Of a DNA stretch of 64,000 nucleotides, positions 47,711-57,456 are shown piece after piece (positions within the stretch are counted from its first letter, which is position 1; every line of letters starts with the position of its first letter). Origin of the DNA: a virus; the IMG/VR virus record IMGVR_UViG_3300027675_000005, positions 5,236-69,235 of that record; one strand, written 5' to 3'. The translations under genes and the position numbers were made by a program. The notes under the pieces are model-generated. The model searched no databases. It worked only from the letters and a program-made list of their open reading frames with translations, and was not told where the DNA came from.

Positions 47711-49095
47711 TGTGCGCAATCATGGGGGCCCTCATCTGGAGGGCGACCACCCACCATCTCATCGCGGCTAATCAAATCCTTACTGATATCGGAAATGCTA
47801 GTTTCGCTCGGGGTCGTGATGGATGGGGGTTTCATACTCAGGAGAGCAATGGACCCAACCACGAATACAAAACAGCCGTAAGATCCATAAGTCTAAAAAA
47901 GAATCTACAATTCTTTAGTGTGACTAACTCACGCGCGGCTGTAAATCTGATCGGTAATTTCCGTGCTGAGCCCACGACGGAGTTTGTGGTCAAGAAAACA
48001 GCAAACGATCAGCAACCCTACTCACTTAATAAATGGAACATTGTTCACAATGGAACTATTGCGAACGATAAAGTATTGCGAACAGGAGAATACCCCACCA
48101 CAATTGATAGTGCTGCAATTGTTGAGCAACTTGCCAAAGTTACTGATCTACCAGATCGAATACAAGCAGAATCAGCTTTTCGAATTGTTATTTCTAAACT
48201 TAAAGGAAGCTACGCTATCCTTGCAACACATGATGACTTTCCAGATCTGATGTTTGCTGCCTGCAATTATAGACCTATCTGGTTCACTAGACAAGAACGA
48301 GGGATCTTCTTTGCAAGCTCAAAGGATTATTTTCCAAAAGATTTTGTTTCCGAAATGCTTCAACCTTATTCCTGTTGGGTTTTTGGACCTGACCAGATTA
48401 CTAGACTCGACGCTGAATCCGATTACGGCACGAGAGCTCTTATCGTATGTAGTGGTGGCATGGACAGCGTTGTCGCTGCTACTAAAATGAAAGATGATGG
48501 ATATAAGATAGAGCTAGTTCATTTTGAATACGGTTCGCGAGCTGAAGGTCCTGAAATAATAGCGGTCAAGAATGTAGCGGAATTTCTTGACGTACCGTTA
48601 CACTTTATACCAATGAACATCTACGATCCCAAAGATTCCCCATTACTTCAAGCAGATAGTAAAATTGCAGGGGGCGAAGCTGGAGCTGAATTTGCACACG
48701 AATGGGTCCCGGCGCGTAATCTTGTGATGTTATCACTCGCAACTGCGTTTGCAGAAGCTAGAGGGATTAGTATAATCGTACTTGGTAACAATCTAGAGGA
48801 AGCAGGTGCTTACCCAGACAACGAACCTGAGTTCATTAATCGTTTTAATGATATGCTTCCATTTGCAGTCGGAGATGGAAAACGAGTTAAAGTTGTCATG
48901 CCTGTTGGTAACTATATGAAACACGAAATCGTTGCTATAGGGCACGAGGTCGGCGCTCCACTTCACCTCACATGGAGTTGCTATCGTGCGGGTCCGATCC
49001 ACTGTGGTACTTGTGGACCATGTTACATGCGTAGAACTGCATTCGAGATTAATAAGCTGCCCGAAGTTATCCAATACACAAATGGAGGAGAATAA
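47710..49095 (+). CDS. gat-queC: Glutamine amidotransferase-QueC fusion (preQ0/archaeosine synthesis)
   Basis: N-terminal MC (Ntn Cys), RG.DG.G, HNGTI; SGGMDS, VPARN, SCY...CGTCGPC. Confidence 0.92.
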   Translation: MCAIMGALIWRATTHHLIAANQILTDIGNASFARGRDGWGFHTQESNGPNHEYKTAVRSISLKKNLQFFSVTNSRAAVNLIGNFRAEPTTEFVVKKTANDQQPYSLNKWNIVHNGTIANDKVLRTGEYPTTIDSAAIVEQLAKVTDLPDRIQAESAFRIVISKLKGSYAILATHDDFPDLMFAACNYRPIWFTRQERGIFFASSKDYFPKDFVSEMLQPYSCWVFGPDQITRLDAESDYGTRALIVCSGGMDSVVAATKMKDDGYKIELVHFEYGSRAEGPEIIAVKNVAEFLDVPLHFIPMNIYDPKDSPLLQADSKIAGGEAGAEFAHEWVPARNLVMLSLATAFAEARGISIIVLGNNLEEAGAYPDNEPEFINRFNDMLPFAVGDGKRVKVVMPVGNYMKHEIVAIGHEVGAPLHLTWSCYRAGPIHCGTCGPCYMRRTAFEINKLPEVIQYTNGGE

Positions 49096-49096
49096 G

Positions 49097-49543
49097 ATGA
49101 CCTATATCTCAACAAAGACATGGGGTCACGACATTGGGCTCTCCGCTTGCTTCCGGCAATGGAAAGCACAAAGTCATTGCAAATATCTTCACGGCTACGC
49201 TCTTTGTATTCACATTGAATTTGAATCCAAAGAATTGGATGAACGCAACTGGGTAGTTGATTTTGGTTCTCTAAAAGGTTTCAAAGGTTGGCTTGAAAAT
49301 ACCTTTGATCATAAGATGTTAGTAGCTGAAGACGACCCAGACCGAACAGCCTTATGCCATCTGGCAAAATTACACATCGCCAATGTAGTATTGGTACCCG
49401 ATACAGGATGTGAAGCATTTGCTAAGATGATTTATGAATATGGAAAGATCTGGTTAAAAGATAACGGCTACGCTCCACGAGTTGAAGTTCGATCTGTCGA
49501 AGTGAAAGAACACGGTGCTAACTCAGCAATCTATATGGAGTAG
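49097..49543 (+). CDS. queD: 6-carboxy-5,6,7,8-tetrahydropterin synthase
   Basis: HCKYLHGY, VVDFG, FDH motifs. Confidence 0.92.
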   Translation: MTYISTKTWGHDIGLSACFRQWKAQSHCKYLHGYALCIHIEFESKELDERNWVVDFGSLKGFKGWLENTFDHKMLVAEDDPDRTALCHLAKLHIANVVLVPDTGCEAFAKMIYEYGKIWLKDNGYAPRVEVRSVEVKEHGANSAIYME

Positions 49544-49545
49544 AA

Positions 49546-49875
49546 ATGAAACAACTTCGAGCACTAAATGAGATCCGTCAGAAGGAATGGGACCCAACTG
49601 ACGTAATTACTCTCGCTTACCGGGGCAATGAACTTGCTGGCGAGATTGGAGAAGCCTGTAATGTAATTAAGAAACTGGAACGCGAACGTCTTGGTATCCG
49701 GGGATCGCGAGCTACGATTGAACAACTCGCTGAAGAACTAGCAGATGCAGTAATCTGTCTCGATTTGATTGCTATGCAAGCCGGGATTGATCTAAACGCA
49801 GCAGTCATTAAGAAATTCAACGCCACTTCTGAGAAGTACGGACTCAGAACTAAATTCAACGGAGATCAGACGTGA
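49546..49875 (+). CDS. MazG-like NTP pyrophosphohydrolase
   Basis: ELAGEIGEACNVIKK...EELAD motif. Confidence 0.85.
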   Translation: MKQLRALNEIRQKEWDPTDVITLAYRGNELAGEIGEACNVIKKLERERLGIRGSRATIEQLAEELADAVICLDLIAMQAGIDLNAAVIKKFNATSEKYGLRTKFNGDQT

Positions 49876-50297
49876 AGATCTATCTTGCCGGTGCGATATG
49901 GGGAGTCGAAGATCCAGTTACGTGGCGTCGCAAACTTGCAGATCGTCTACCACAGGGGTGGGAAGCAATCGATCCAACACAGATTGAATTGTTTGTAGAG
50001 AACGAGCATGAAGAAGAAAAGGCCCGTGAAATAGTATCAGCAGACCTTAATGCGATCCAGATGAGTAATGCTTTCCTTGCTCGAATAGATCGACCCTCTT
50101 GGGGTACTGCAATGGAGATGTTCTACGCCTATAACCTACGGATCCCAGTCATTGGTTGGATTCCAAATCGAGAAGCAGTAAGTGAGTGGGGTGGGAAAAG
50201 AATAACGCCACCCTGGGTCAGAGCTCACTCCGATATCGTTACTTCGGACTTCGAAGTCGTTAAACAATTCTTGCAGAATCTACTTGTAAAAGCATAA
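49872..50297 (+). CDS. Nucleoside 2-deoxyribosyltransferase / N-glycosidase-like protein
   Basis: IYLAG...WR...DLNAI...SWGTAME...IPVI. Confidence 0.82.
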   Translation: MKIYLAGAIWGVEDPVTWRRKLADRLPQGWEAIDPTQIELFVENEHEEEKAREIVSADLNAIQMSNAFLARIDRPSWGTAMEMFYAYNLRIPVIGWIPNREAVSEWGGKRITPPWVRAHSDIVTSDFEVVKQFLQNLLVKA

Positions 50298-50312
50298 CAT
50301 CTCGCTTATAAT
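50284..50312 (+). promoter_or_regulatory. sigma70-type promoter for folE
   Basis: TTGTAA-N17-TATAAT. Confidence 0.65.
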
Positions 50313-50333
50313 TAACCACTAACGGAGTACCCC

Positions 50334-50888
50334 ATGACCGGTAATCTACGCGGCGCTTTTAAAGCCGTCCTTGAAAACATCCCTGGTGAAGACGCCAACA
50401 GGGAAGGTCTGCAAGAGACGCCGGAGCGTGTGGCTCGAGCCTGGGAATTCTGGACGTCCGGCTACAACGTAGATCCAATCAGCGTACTTAAGACCTTCGT
50501 TGATGGATCTGAAGGAGTAGACGAAATGGTCGTAGTCAAAGACCTGCCGTTCTATTCTCACTGTGAACATCACCTTGCCCCATTCTTTGGTACTGTGACA
50601 ATTGGTTATCTACCATACAAACGAATCGTTGGATTAAGCAAGCTCGCTCGCTTACTCCAAATCTATTCTAGACGCCTACAAGTTCAGGAACGTCTGACCT
50701 GTCAAATGGCCGACGCTATCTTCGAGGCTCTGAAGCCTTTGGGATGTGGTGTTATTATTCGCGCCCGGCACTTATGTATGGAGTCCCGGGGAATATGTCA
50801 ACAGGGTCATTACACTGTTACTAGTGCTCTCCGAGGCATTTTTAAGACTGAGGATTCCGCTCGTTCAGAATTTCTGGGAATGAAATAA
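50334..50888 (+). CDS. folE: GTP cyclohydrolase I
   Basis: REGLQETPERV, SHCEHH, GLSKLAR, LQVQERLT, HLCMESRG. Confidence 0.97.
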   Translation: MTGNLRGAFKAVLENIPGEDANREGLQETPERVARAWEFWTSGYNVDPISVLKTFVDGSEGVDEMVVVKDLPFYSHCEHHLAPFFGTVTIGYLPYKRIVGLSKLARLLQIYSRRLQVQERLTCQMADAIFEALKPLGCGVIIRARHLCMESRGICQQGHYTVTSALRGIFKTEDSARSEFLGMK

Positions 50889-51008
50889 TGGCAATTAAAC
50901 AGATTGTTTTTACTGAAGACGGATGGTGGATATGGGTAGTGGGCCGGGATGGCACTTTTCATATCGGACCCTATCGTTGGCGCTTACTAGCAGTGATCAG
51001 GAGTTGGC

Positions 51009-51233
51009 GTGTCTAAACGTTCATCCTATGCTGTCTTTGTTGATGGCGAATTGATCGGAAATCTAATCTGGCAAAGTTGGAGATTAGTATTACATAAGCA
51101 TGACGGTACGTCGATTCGATATCACCGTGATGTCGGAGTTAAACGAGCCCGTGGTAACATCGCAAGGAATTACAGAGTCAGAGATGACCAAGTATCACTA
51201 ACACTCTGGAAACTTGAATTGGCAGCAGAATAA
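51009..51233 (+). CDS. Hypothetical protein
   Basis: AGGAG SD. Confidence 0.45.
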   Translation: MSKRSSYAVFVDGELIGNLIWQSWRLVLHKHDGTSIRYHRDVGVKRARGNIARNYRVRDDQVSLTLWKLELAAE

Positions 51234-51415
51234 TGAAAGATAAATACACCGCACGACATTGTGATATGGTCATCCCATCTGATATAGATGATTTAATTCA
51301 TCGTCGAATAAAACCATTCTTAGATAGCGTTGGGATGAATAAAAGTCTAGAGCATCTACTAGCAGAAGCATATCTGCAAGGAATGAAAGATGCCGTACAG
51401 ACTATGGAAAAATAG
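51233..51415 (+). CDS. Hypothetical protein
   Basis: Operon packing; AYLQGMKDA. Confidence 0.5.
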   Translation: MKDKYTARHCDMVIPSDIDDLIHRRIKPFLDSVGMNKSLEHLLAEAYLQGMKDAVQTMEK

Positions 51416-52342
51416 ATGCAAATCTATCTAGCTGCGATCTATACAAACGGATATCGTGCCGGGGGTAACTCCGGCCGATATCGTAACTTGACTGACAATG
51501 AAAAGTTATTGGTAGACGCAGTCCCACATATCCTAGAATCATATCATTATGTTCAGAAACAGAAGTTCGCTGATGCCATGCGTGAGGACCACAGCAAGGT
51601 CTTTCTTGACTCCGGAGCGTTCTCCGCTCATACGCTTAAGGTAGAACTCTCAGTTGCCGAGTACTGCGAGTATATCAAACGCAACACAGATATCATTCGT
51701 GTCGAAGATGGAATCCCATTAGTATCCGTACTCGACGGCATCGGTGATCCGCTTCAGACGTATCGCAACCAATGCGAAATGGAAGCCCGTGGGGTTCGCC
51801 CACTTCCTTGCTTTCACTCAGGCGAAGATGAACGCTATCTTGAATACTACGTTAAAAATTATGAATACATTACTCTAGGTGGTATGGTCGGAGCTTCCTC
51901 TGCGCAGCTTATGAAATGGCTCGATCGAATTTGGGATAGATATCTAGTTGACGGCAGCGGTCGCCCGCGCCTCAAGGTACATGGGTTTGGTATCACCTCT
52001 ATTCCAATTATGGAAGCCTATCCTTGGTATAGTTGCGACTCATCTTCTTGGGTGCAGACCGCAGCGTTCGGTGGTATTCAGACACCACAATGGGGTCCGA
52101 TCAACGTCTCCGAGAAGAGTCCGCAACGCCACGATGCAAACCAACACGCCACAACTCTGTCTGCGATCGAGCAGGATGTTATCTTTAAGCATCTTGAGGA
52201 TAAGGGTTTCACATACGAACGGTTGTCCACCGTCTACGAGTCTCGAGCTGCATATAACTTGTGGGCTTATGGTATAATCAATGCTATAGTTAACATCAGG
52301 AATCGTGGCATCTACAAAGGCAGAGTGAGGGAACTATTCTGA
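51416..52342 (+). CDS. dpdA: DpdA-like 7-deazaguanine DNA transglycosylase (TGT fold)
   Basis: FLDSGAFS, PCFH, LGGMV, HGFG, DSSSW motifs; next to the que genes. Confidence 0.8.
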   Translation: MQIYLAAIYTNGYRAGGNSGRYRNLTDNEKLLVDAVPHILESYHYVQKQKFADAMREDHSKVFLDSGAFSAHTLKVELSVAEYCEYIKRNTDIIRVEDGIPLVSVLDGIGDPLQTYRNQCEMEARGVRPLPCFHSGEDERYLEYYVKNYEYITLGGMVGASSAQLMKWLDRIWDRYLVDGSGRPRLKVHGFGITSIPIMEAYPWYSCDSSSWVQTAAFGGIQTPQWGPINVSEKSPQRHDANQHATTLSAIEQDVIFKHLEDKGFTYERLSTVYESRAAYNLWAYGIINAIVNIRNRGIYKGRVRELF

Positions 52343-53298
52343 TGTTGAAAGAACTTAAATTCGTTCAAGGTGCTGTAGCGAAGAAAGACTTCGTTCCTGC
52401 GATGACACATTTCCGTATCGAAAAAGGTACAGTAAGATCGTTCAATGGTAATCTCGCTATCTGTTCTCCTATTCCGCTGGATCTGGAATGCACTCCGAAA
52501 GCGGACCCGCTAGTCCGTGCGATTGCTAACTGTGAAGAAGAGGTTGTACTTAGTTTAACGGAGAAAGGGCGTCTCAAAGTACAGAGCGGTAAGTTTCGAG
52601 CTTTCATTGAGACTATAGAAGGGGATGCACAAACACATCTAGAACCTATTGGTAACATTGTTAACATCGATGGATCTAAATTACTTGATGCGTTTCAAAA
52701 GATCAATACGTTTATTGGTAACGATGCGTCCCGCCCTTGGACCAATGGTATTCTATTGCGTAATCAATCCGCATTTGCAACAAACAATGTCTGCGTGATT
52801 GAATACTGGCTTGCGATTGACATTCCGTTTGTGGTTAACATTCCTGGAACTGCGGTTAAAGAAATCATTCGTGTTGGGGAAGCTCCATCCCATCTCCAAC
52901 TTAGCGATAATTCTGTTACCTTTCATTATACCGGGGGTCGTTGGATTCGAACGCAACTCTACGTTACCCACTGGCCGGATATCAGTAAAGTACTCGATCA
53001 GAAGTCCGCTCCAGTTCCCATTGATCCGCGTCTCTATCCAGCATTAGATAGTCTAACTATGTTCTCAGATGATCTAACGCGCGTCCATCTTAAAGACGGA
53101 CTTCTCCGAACTCATCTGGCAGATGAAGTTGGAGCTACCTACGAAGTAAGCGGCCTAGGAATCACTGGACTTTACCAAATTAAAATGCTACGCTTGCTAG
53201 AAGGAGTAGCTGAAACAGCAGACTTCACTAGGTACCCGGATCCCGTATTGTTCTTTGGAAAGAATCTGCGGGGTGCGATTGTTGGTATGCGTGGATAA
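52342..53298 (+). CDS. DNA polymerase III beta-clamp-like protein
   Basis: 318 aa; D.SRPWTNGILL...ATN and final GAIVGMR resemble DnaN. Confidence 0.7.
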   Translation: MLKELKFVQGAVAKKDFVPAMTHFRIEKGTVRSFNGNLAICSPIPLDLECTPKADPLVRAIANCEEEVVLSLTEKGRLKVQSGKFRAFIETIEGDAQTHLEPIGNIVNIDGSKLLDAFQKINTFIGNDASRPWTNGILLRNQSAFATNNVCVIEYWLAIDIPFVVNIPGTAVKEIIRVGEAPSHLQLSDNSVTFHYTGGRWIRTQLYVTHWPDISKVLDQKSAPVPIDPRLYPALDSLTMFSDDLTRVHLKDGLLRTHLADEVGATYEVSGLGITGLYQIKMLRLLEGVAETADFTRYPDPVLFFGKNLRGAIVGMRG

Positions 53299-53321
53299 TC
53301 ATCAAACAAACGGAGGATAAA

Positions 53322-53507
53322 ATGGCAGCTAAAACTAAGTCAGTTGATCTCGGAACCCTTCAGGATAATCTGATCTTGGCAAAACGAAAACTCGTCACCG
53401 ACGAACGTGCGCTCGAACGCGCTCGTATGGCATACGATACGGCCAAGGAAGATTATTCAAAAGCAGTTCAAGAACTAAAGGACGCAACTCGAACTGTACT
53501 GGGATAA
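53322..53507 (+). CDS. Small coiled-coil protein
   Basis: AACGGAGG RBS. Confidence 0.6.
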   Translation: MAAKTKSVDLGTLQDNLILAKRKLVTDERALERARMAYDTAKEDYSKAVQELKDATRTVLG

Positions 53508-53508
53508 G

Positions 53509-55557
53509 ATGCCGCGTAATCCTGTTGAAGGAATCTTCTGGGACGACACAATTATTCCCAAGGAACCAAAGGTCCAACGGGAGAAACGTACTCCGCCTGA
53601 GCAAACTTGGCTCGATCATTTGCCCGGGCTTGAAGAAGCCCGGGCGTTTCCTGTTGAATTCTTAACGTACGATGACCTGCTGCGTATCAGCGCAGACGTC
53701 GAAGAACTTATAATCGATGTGGAAGTATTCGAAAATTATTTCCTCGCAGTGTTCACGCATGTGGCGTCCGGTAAAGTCTTCTACCTAGATTCTAAAACTC
53801 CACAGCTAACCGAGGGCTTGCGTTGGATCCTTGAGAATTGTCTTACCGTGGGATTTAATTCTATCTCTTACGATCTAACAATCTGTTATCTGATATGTGA
53901 TGGTGTAGAAGAAGATACCGTAAAAAATGCTTCAGATGCCATAATCAAACTTAACATAAATCCATCTGATATTCTTAGAGAACACCGAGTTAAGAAGTTC
54001 GGTGTTAACCATATTGATCTAATTGAAGTTGCTCCTTTATTTGCAAGCCTGAAAACGTATGCCGGAAGACTCCACGCAAAGAAGATGCAAGATCTTCCAT
54101 TCCATCCCGATACCGTTCTAAGCGAAGATCAGATCAGCATTGTCCGTTGGTATTGTGTTAACGATACTCTCAACACCCAACTGCTTCGTGAGTGCTTGAA
54201 CGAACAGATTGCATTGCGATATGAACTCAGTAACGAATTCAATATCGATCTACGTTCGAAATCCGATGCGCAGATTGCTGAAGCTGTCATTAACAGGGAG
54301 CTCAAAAGGCTCACTGGGCGTTTCCCAAGTAAACCTATGGTTCCGATTGGCACAGTTTATCAATACCGCATTCCCTATTACCTTAACTTTCAATCTGACT
54401 TAATGAAGTACGCTCTGAATGTAGTTGCCAATGCCCAGTTTATTGTCGATCACACTGGTTCGATCGCAATGCCGAAAGAGATCAAAGAACTTCCGATCGA
54501 AATGAACGGAGCAGTGTACCGCATGGGAATCGGCGGACTACACAGTTCGGAACAGACAGCAGCCCATGTGGCGGACGATGACTTTATATTACTTGACAAA
54601 GACGTAGTATCTTATTATCCTTTCATTATTCTGAATCTAGAATTAGCACCACAACATCTTGGAGATCCGTTCCTTACTGTCTATCGATCCATTGTTAATA
54701 AGCGCGTCGATGCAAAGCGGGCTGGAAACAAAGCTGCCGCGGATTCGCTCAAGATCGTAGTCAACGGAACGTTCGGTAAACTGGGTAACATGCACTCCAT
54801 TATCTACTCGCCCGACTTGCTTTTTCAAGTTACGCTTACGGGCCAACTAACCCTTCTACTTCTAATTGAACGTCTCGAGCTGGCAGGCATTCGTGTGGTC
54901 AGCGCCAATACGGATGGTATTGTAATCAAATGTCCACGCGCACTTAAAGAACGCATGGAAGGGATTATTAAATCATGGGAATTTGATACTCGCTTTGAGA
55001 CCGAGGGGTCTGAATTCCAAGCTCTCTATTCCAGGGATGTCAATAACTATATTGCGATTAAGAAAGATGGAAAGATCAAATCCAAAGGGGCTTATGCGAA
55101 ACCCGAATACGCTGCCGAGCGACTGCATAAGAATCCAACAGCAACTATCTGTCTAGATGCAGTACTTGAATATCTTATTAGAGCTGTTCCATTGGAAACC
55201 ACAATACGGTCTTGTGCTGACATCGCGAAGTTTGTTAGCGTCCGCACTGTACGGGGAGGCGCTGCACGGGTTCGGCCTTCAGGAAACGAATATATAGGTC
55301 GATCTATACGATGGTATTATGCAACCAATACTGAAGGGGAATTAGTCTATGTTATGTCCGGTAATAAAGTACCGAGGTCTGATGGAGCAAAGGAGCTAAT
55401 GGTGCTTCCAGATTCTCTGCCCACCGACATAGATTACGAGTGGTACATCAAGGAGGCACACAGAATATTAATTGATATAGGAGCGGAAACTGAAACCGCT
55501 AGCGGGGCCCCCACAGCCGCTGATCAGCAGGGGGCTCCCCATGTACAGGCCAGCTAG
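53509..55557 (+). CDS. DNA polymerase, family-B-like with 3'-5' exonuclease
   Basis: DVE exo I, GFNSISYD exo II, YCVND exo III; DVVSYYP, KIVVNGTFGK, NTDG. Confidence 0.88.
   Translation: MPRNPVEGIFWDDTIIPKEPKVQREKRTPPEQTWLDHLPGLEEARAFPVEFLTYDDLLRISADVEELIIDVEVFENYFLAVFTHVASGKVFYLDSKTPQLTEGLRWILENCLTVGFNSISYDLTICYLICDGVEEDTVKNASDAIIKLNINPSDILREHRVKKFGVNHIDLIEVAPLFASLKTYAGRLHAKKMQDLPFHPDTVLSEDQISIVRWYCVNDTLNTQLLRECLNEQIALRYELSNEFNIDLRSKSDAQIAEAVINRELKRLTGRFPSKPMVPIGTVYQYRIPYYLNFQSDLMKYALNVVANAQFIVDHTGSIAMPKEIKELPIEMNGAVYRMGIGGLHSSEQTAAHVADDDFILLDKDVVSYYPFIILNLELAPQHLGDPFLTVYRSIVNKRVDAKRAGNKAAADSLKIVVNGTFGKLGNMHSIIYSPDLLFQVTLTGQLTLLLLIERLELAGIRVVSANTDGIVIKCPRALKERMEGIIKSWEFDTRFETEGSEFQALYSRDVNNYIAIKKDGKIKSKGAYAKPEYAAERLHKNPTATICLDAVLEYLIRAVPLETTIRSCADIAKFVSVRTVRGGAARVRPSGNEYIGRSIRWYYATNTEGELVYVMSGNKVPRSDGAKELMVLPDSLPTDIDYEWYIKEAHRILIDIGAETETASGAPTAADQQGAPHVQAS
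55496..55517. repeat. Left arm of a long-range 22-bp inverted repeat
   Basis: Reverse complement matches 60417-60438 at 21/22 positions. Confidence 0.8.
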
Positions 55558-55634
55558 TTGATCCGCACTGTAGCGGCGGCAGCCGCCGCTAAACACACAT
55601 CAAAAACACAGGTCGCAGCACATGGGGGCTCGCA

Positions 55635-56075
55635 ATGATTCACGTTGTCAATAAGGGGAAAACGGGGGAACGCGAAGTTGCGGATACAATGAATTATTGT
55701 ATCTTCTTAGCAATGGAAGCATTGGGTTATCCAAGAGAAGAATGTATCGCAGGCATGGCAACTATCCAAAGGAATCAGATACAGACCGCTATTGGAGGTT
55801 CAGATCTGATTGGCTGCTTTGGTCTTTCAGTTGAAGTCAAACGTCAAGAAGTTTTAAGTGTCAATACATGGTGGAGACAGTGCGAGACTTCCGCAAAGCG
55901 GGATGGCTGTATTCCTGTTCTTATTTATAGACAAAACAAGAAACCCTGGCGAGTCAGAACTTATTTCTATCTCCCACTTCCCGAAGGGCATCAGATGCAA
56001 GTTACGGGAGAGATAGACTGGGAAACTTTCAAGACCTGGTTCATCGGTTGGGTGAAGGCTACTCTCCAAAAATAA
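55635..56075 (+). CDS. PD-(D/E)XK nuclease, Holliday-junction resolvase-like
   Basis: KGKTGERE...GSDL...VEVKR...PVLIYRQNKKPW. Confidence 0.8.
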   Translation: MIHVVNKGKTGEREVADTMNYCIFLAMEALGYPREECIAGMATIQRNQIQTAIGGSDLIGCFGLSVEVKRQEVLSVNTWWRQCETSAKRDGCIPVLIYRQNKKPWRVRTYFYLPLPEGHQMQVTGEIDWETFKTWFIGWVKATLQK

Positions 56076-56078
56076 CGC

Positions 56079-56107
56079 TTGCATCAAGGGCTTGAAACAC
56101 CTATAAT
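56079..56107 (+). promoter_or_regulatory. sigma70-type promoter
   Basis: TTGCAT-N17-TATAAT. Confidence 0.75.
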
Positions 56108-56131
56108 ATGCGGTGTAACGGAGTCCCGCGA

Positions 56132-56542
56132 TTGTTAAAGCTCACTTATCTCGCTGCTGGATGCGGCGTCTTTTTTGTTGTCTGGGGCGTATTTTTCCTC
56201 AGATCCGAACCGCCGCGAGTTCTTACGCTTCAAGAAAAATGGAATGATGCAATTCGAGAACTTCCACCAATCTCCCCGGGGCCTCGCGTGGTAAAGACCG
56301 ATAGAATCCTTCCTGATCCACCCCGTCCTGATTTTGGTTGGGTCACAGACATAAAAAAGATTGATCCTCCTGTTGTTCCTTTTCCTTCTGTTGTTGAGAA
56401 GCCACAACAGATTATTGAGAAGCCACAACGGTCGAGGAGAATGCGTAGCGAAGAAAGAGTTACTCGTTCTGAAGTCTGTAGCGCACACGGTATGCGTAAA
56501 GTCATAACCAATGGAGGTAAATCATGGAGATGCCGAAAATGA
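56132..56542 (+). CDS. Membrane-anchored Pro-rich protein with C-terminal C..HGMRKV..SWRC motif
   Basis: N-terminal TM; AACGGAG before TTG. Confidence 0.6.
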   Translation: MLKLTYLAAGCGVFFVVWGVFFLRSEPPRVLTLQEKWNDAIRELPPISPGPRVVKTDRILPDPPRPDFGWVTDIKKIDPPVVPFPSVVEKPQQIIEKPQRSRRMRSEERVTRSEVCSAHGMRKVITNGGKSWRCRK

Positions 56543-56745
56543 AACAGTCGATCGAATACCCAATTGGATTCAATAGAGAAGATGGCACCAAGCAGATTGC
56601 CATCCGGCTCCCACCAGTATTGTTTAATCAGATCATCGAGATGGCTAAGACTGAACAAAAGAATTTCAATGCTATGGTAACTGAGCTTATCATATGTGGA
56701 AAGCTCTGCCTTGATGAGAGTGACGCAATGGAGCTTAAACAATGA
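56539..56745 (+). CDS. Ribbon-helix-helix (Arc-like) DNA-binding protein
   Basis: KQIAIRLPPVLFNQIIEMAK.E.KNFNAMVTELI. Confidence 0.65.
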   Translation: MKQSIEYPIGFNREDGTKQIAIRLPPVLFNQIIEMAKTEQKNFNAMVTELIICGKLCLDESDAMELKQ

Positions 56746-56978
56746 TTGATGACGTAGATAAGAAAATGATAGACGAGATGCTGTGTTCGATCGACGATGA
56801 TCGCATTGCAGAAGGACTTCCAATTCTATCAGTTCTTGTTCGTCACGATGATGGTGCAGTTAGCACAGCGTTCTGGGCTACTGTCAAAAAACACAATCTA
56901 CGTTTACCCGGGGAGAATGACGCTATGCTGATTAATCGGTTGGTTGAATTGGCATTCGCAGGAGCTAAACAATCATGA
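56742..56978 (+). CDS. Hypothetical protein
   Basis: GLPILSVLV...F motif; ATGA overlap. Confidence 0.55.
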   Translation: MIDDVDKKMIDEMLCSIDDDRIAEGLPILSVLVRHDDGAVSTAFWATVKKHNLRLPGENDAMLINRLVELAFAGAKQS

Positions 56979-57175
56979 ATAACATTCTCGCAAAACGAGC
57001 AGAGCTAATCCGCAACATTCTTGTGATGCGTACAAAGCTAGAAGATCGCATTCGCGCTGCGGGTGGTGTAATACCTCCACCATGGCCATGGGATGAAGAT
57101 GGGACACTTCGAAATCTACAGCTACTAGAAGTAGTTGAAGATCTAGAAAGGAGACAGCGAGGAAAGAAAGGATGA
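56975..57175 (+). CDS. Hypothetical protein
   Basis: ATGA overlap. Confidence 0.5.
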   Translation: MNNILAKRAELIRNILVMRTKLEDRIRAAGGVIPPPWPWDEDGTLRNLQLLEVVEDLERRQRGKKG

Positions 57176-57408
57176 ACATTCGTATTCCAACTCGTGTTCT
57201 AAAACTTGAAGAAAGAAATCGTATCGTTAGCGCAAGAAAAAACGAAGACGGTACAGTAACTTTCAGACACGAGAACCTTGGTTGGTTTGTACATTTCGAA
57301 GGGAGTTATGAAGCTCTCTTTGTGGGTTTTGAAAAGCCCGAAGAACTCGCTCCAGGTATCGAAGTAGATATCCTTATCGTACCAAGGGGAATCAATATTG
57401 ACATCTAA
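57172..57408 (+). CDS. Hypothetical protein
   Basis: ATGA overlap. Confidence 0.55.
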   Translation: MNIRIPTRVLKLEERNRIVSARKNEDGTVTFRHENLGWFVHFEGSYEALFVGFEKPEELAPGIEVDILIVPRGINIDI

Positions 57409-57426
57409 TAGTTAGTGTGCTATGCT
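57398..57426 (+). promoter_or_regulatory. sigma70-type promoter
   Basis: TTGACA-N17-TATGCT with extended TG. Confidence 0.75.
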
Positions 57427-57456
57427 ATACGTCTAAGCAAACAAACGGAGTATTAG

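Noticed and set aside
46991-50888. Queuosine tRNA-modification auxiliary metabolic genes
   Set aside because: No queF or queA; gat-queC plus dpdA points to DNA modification.
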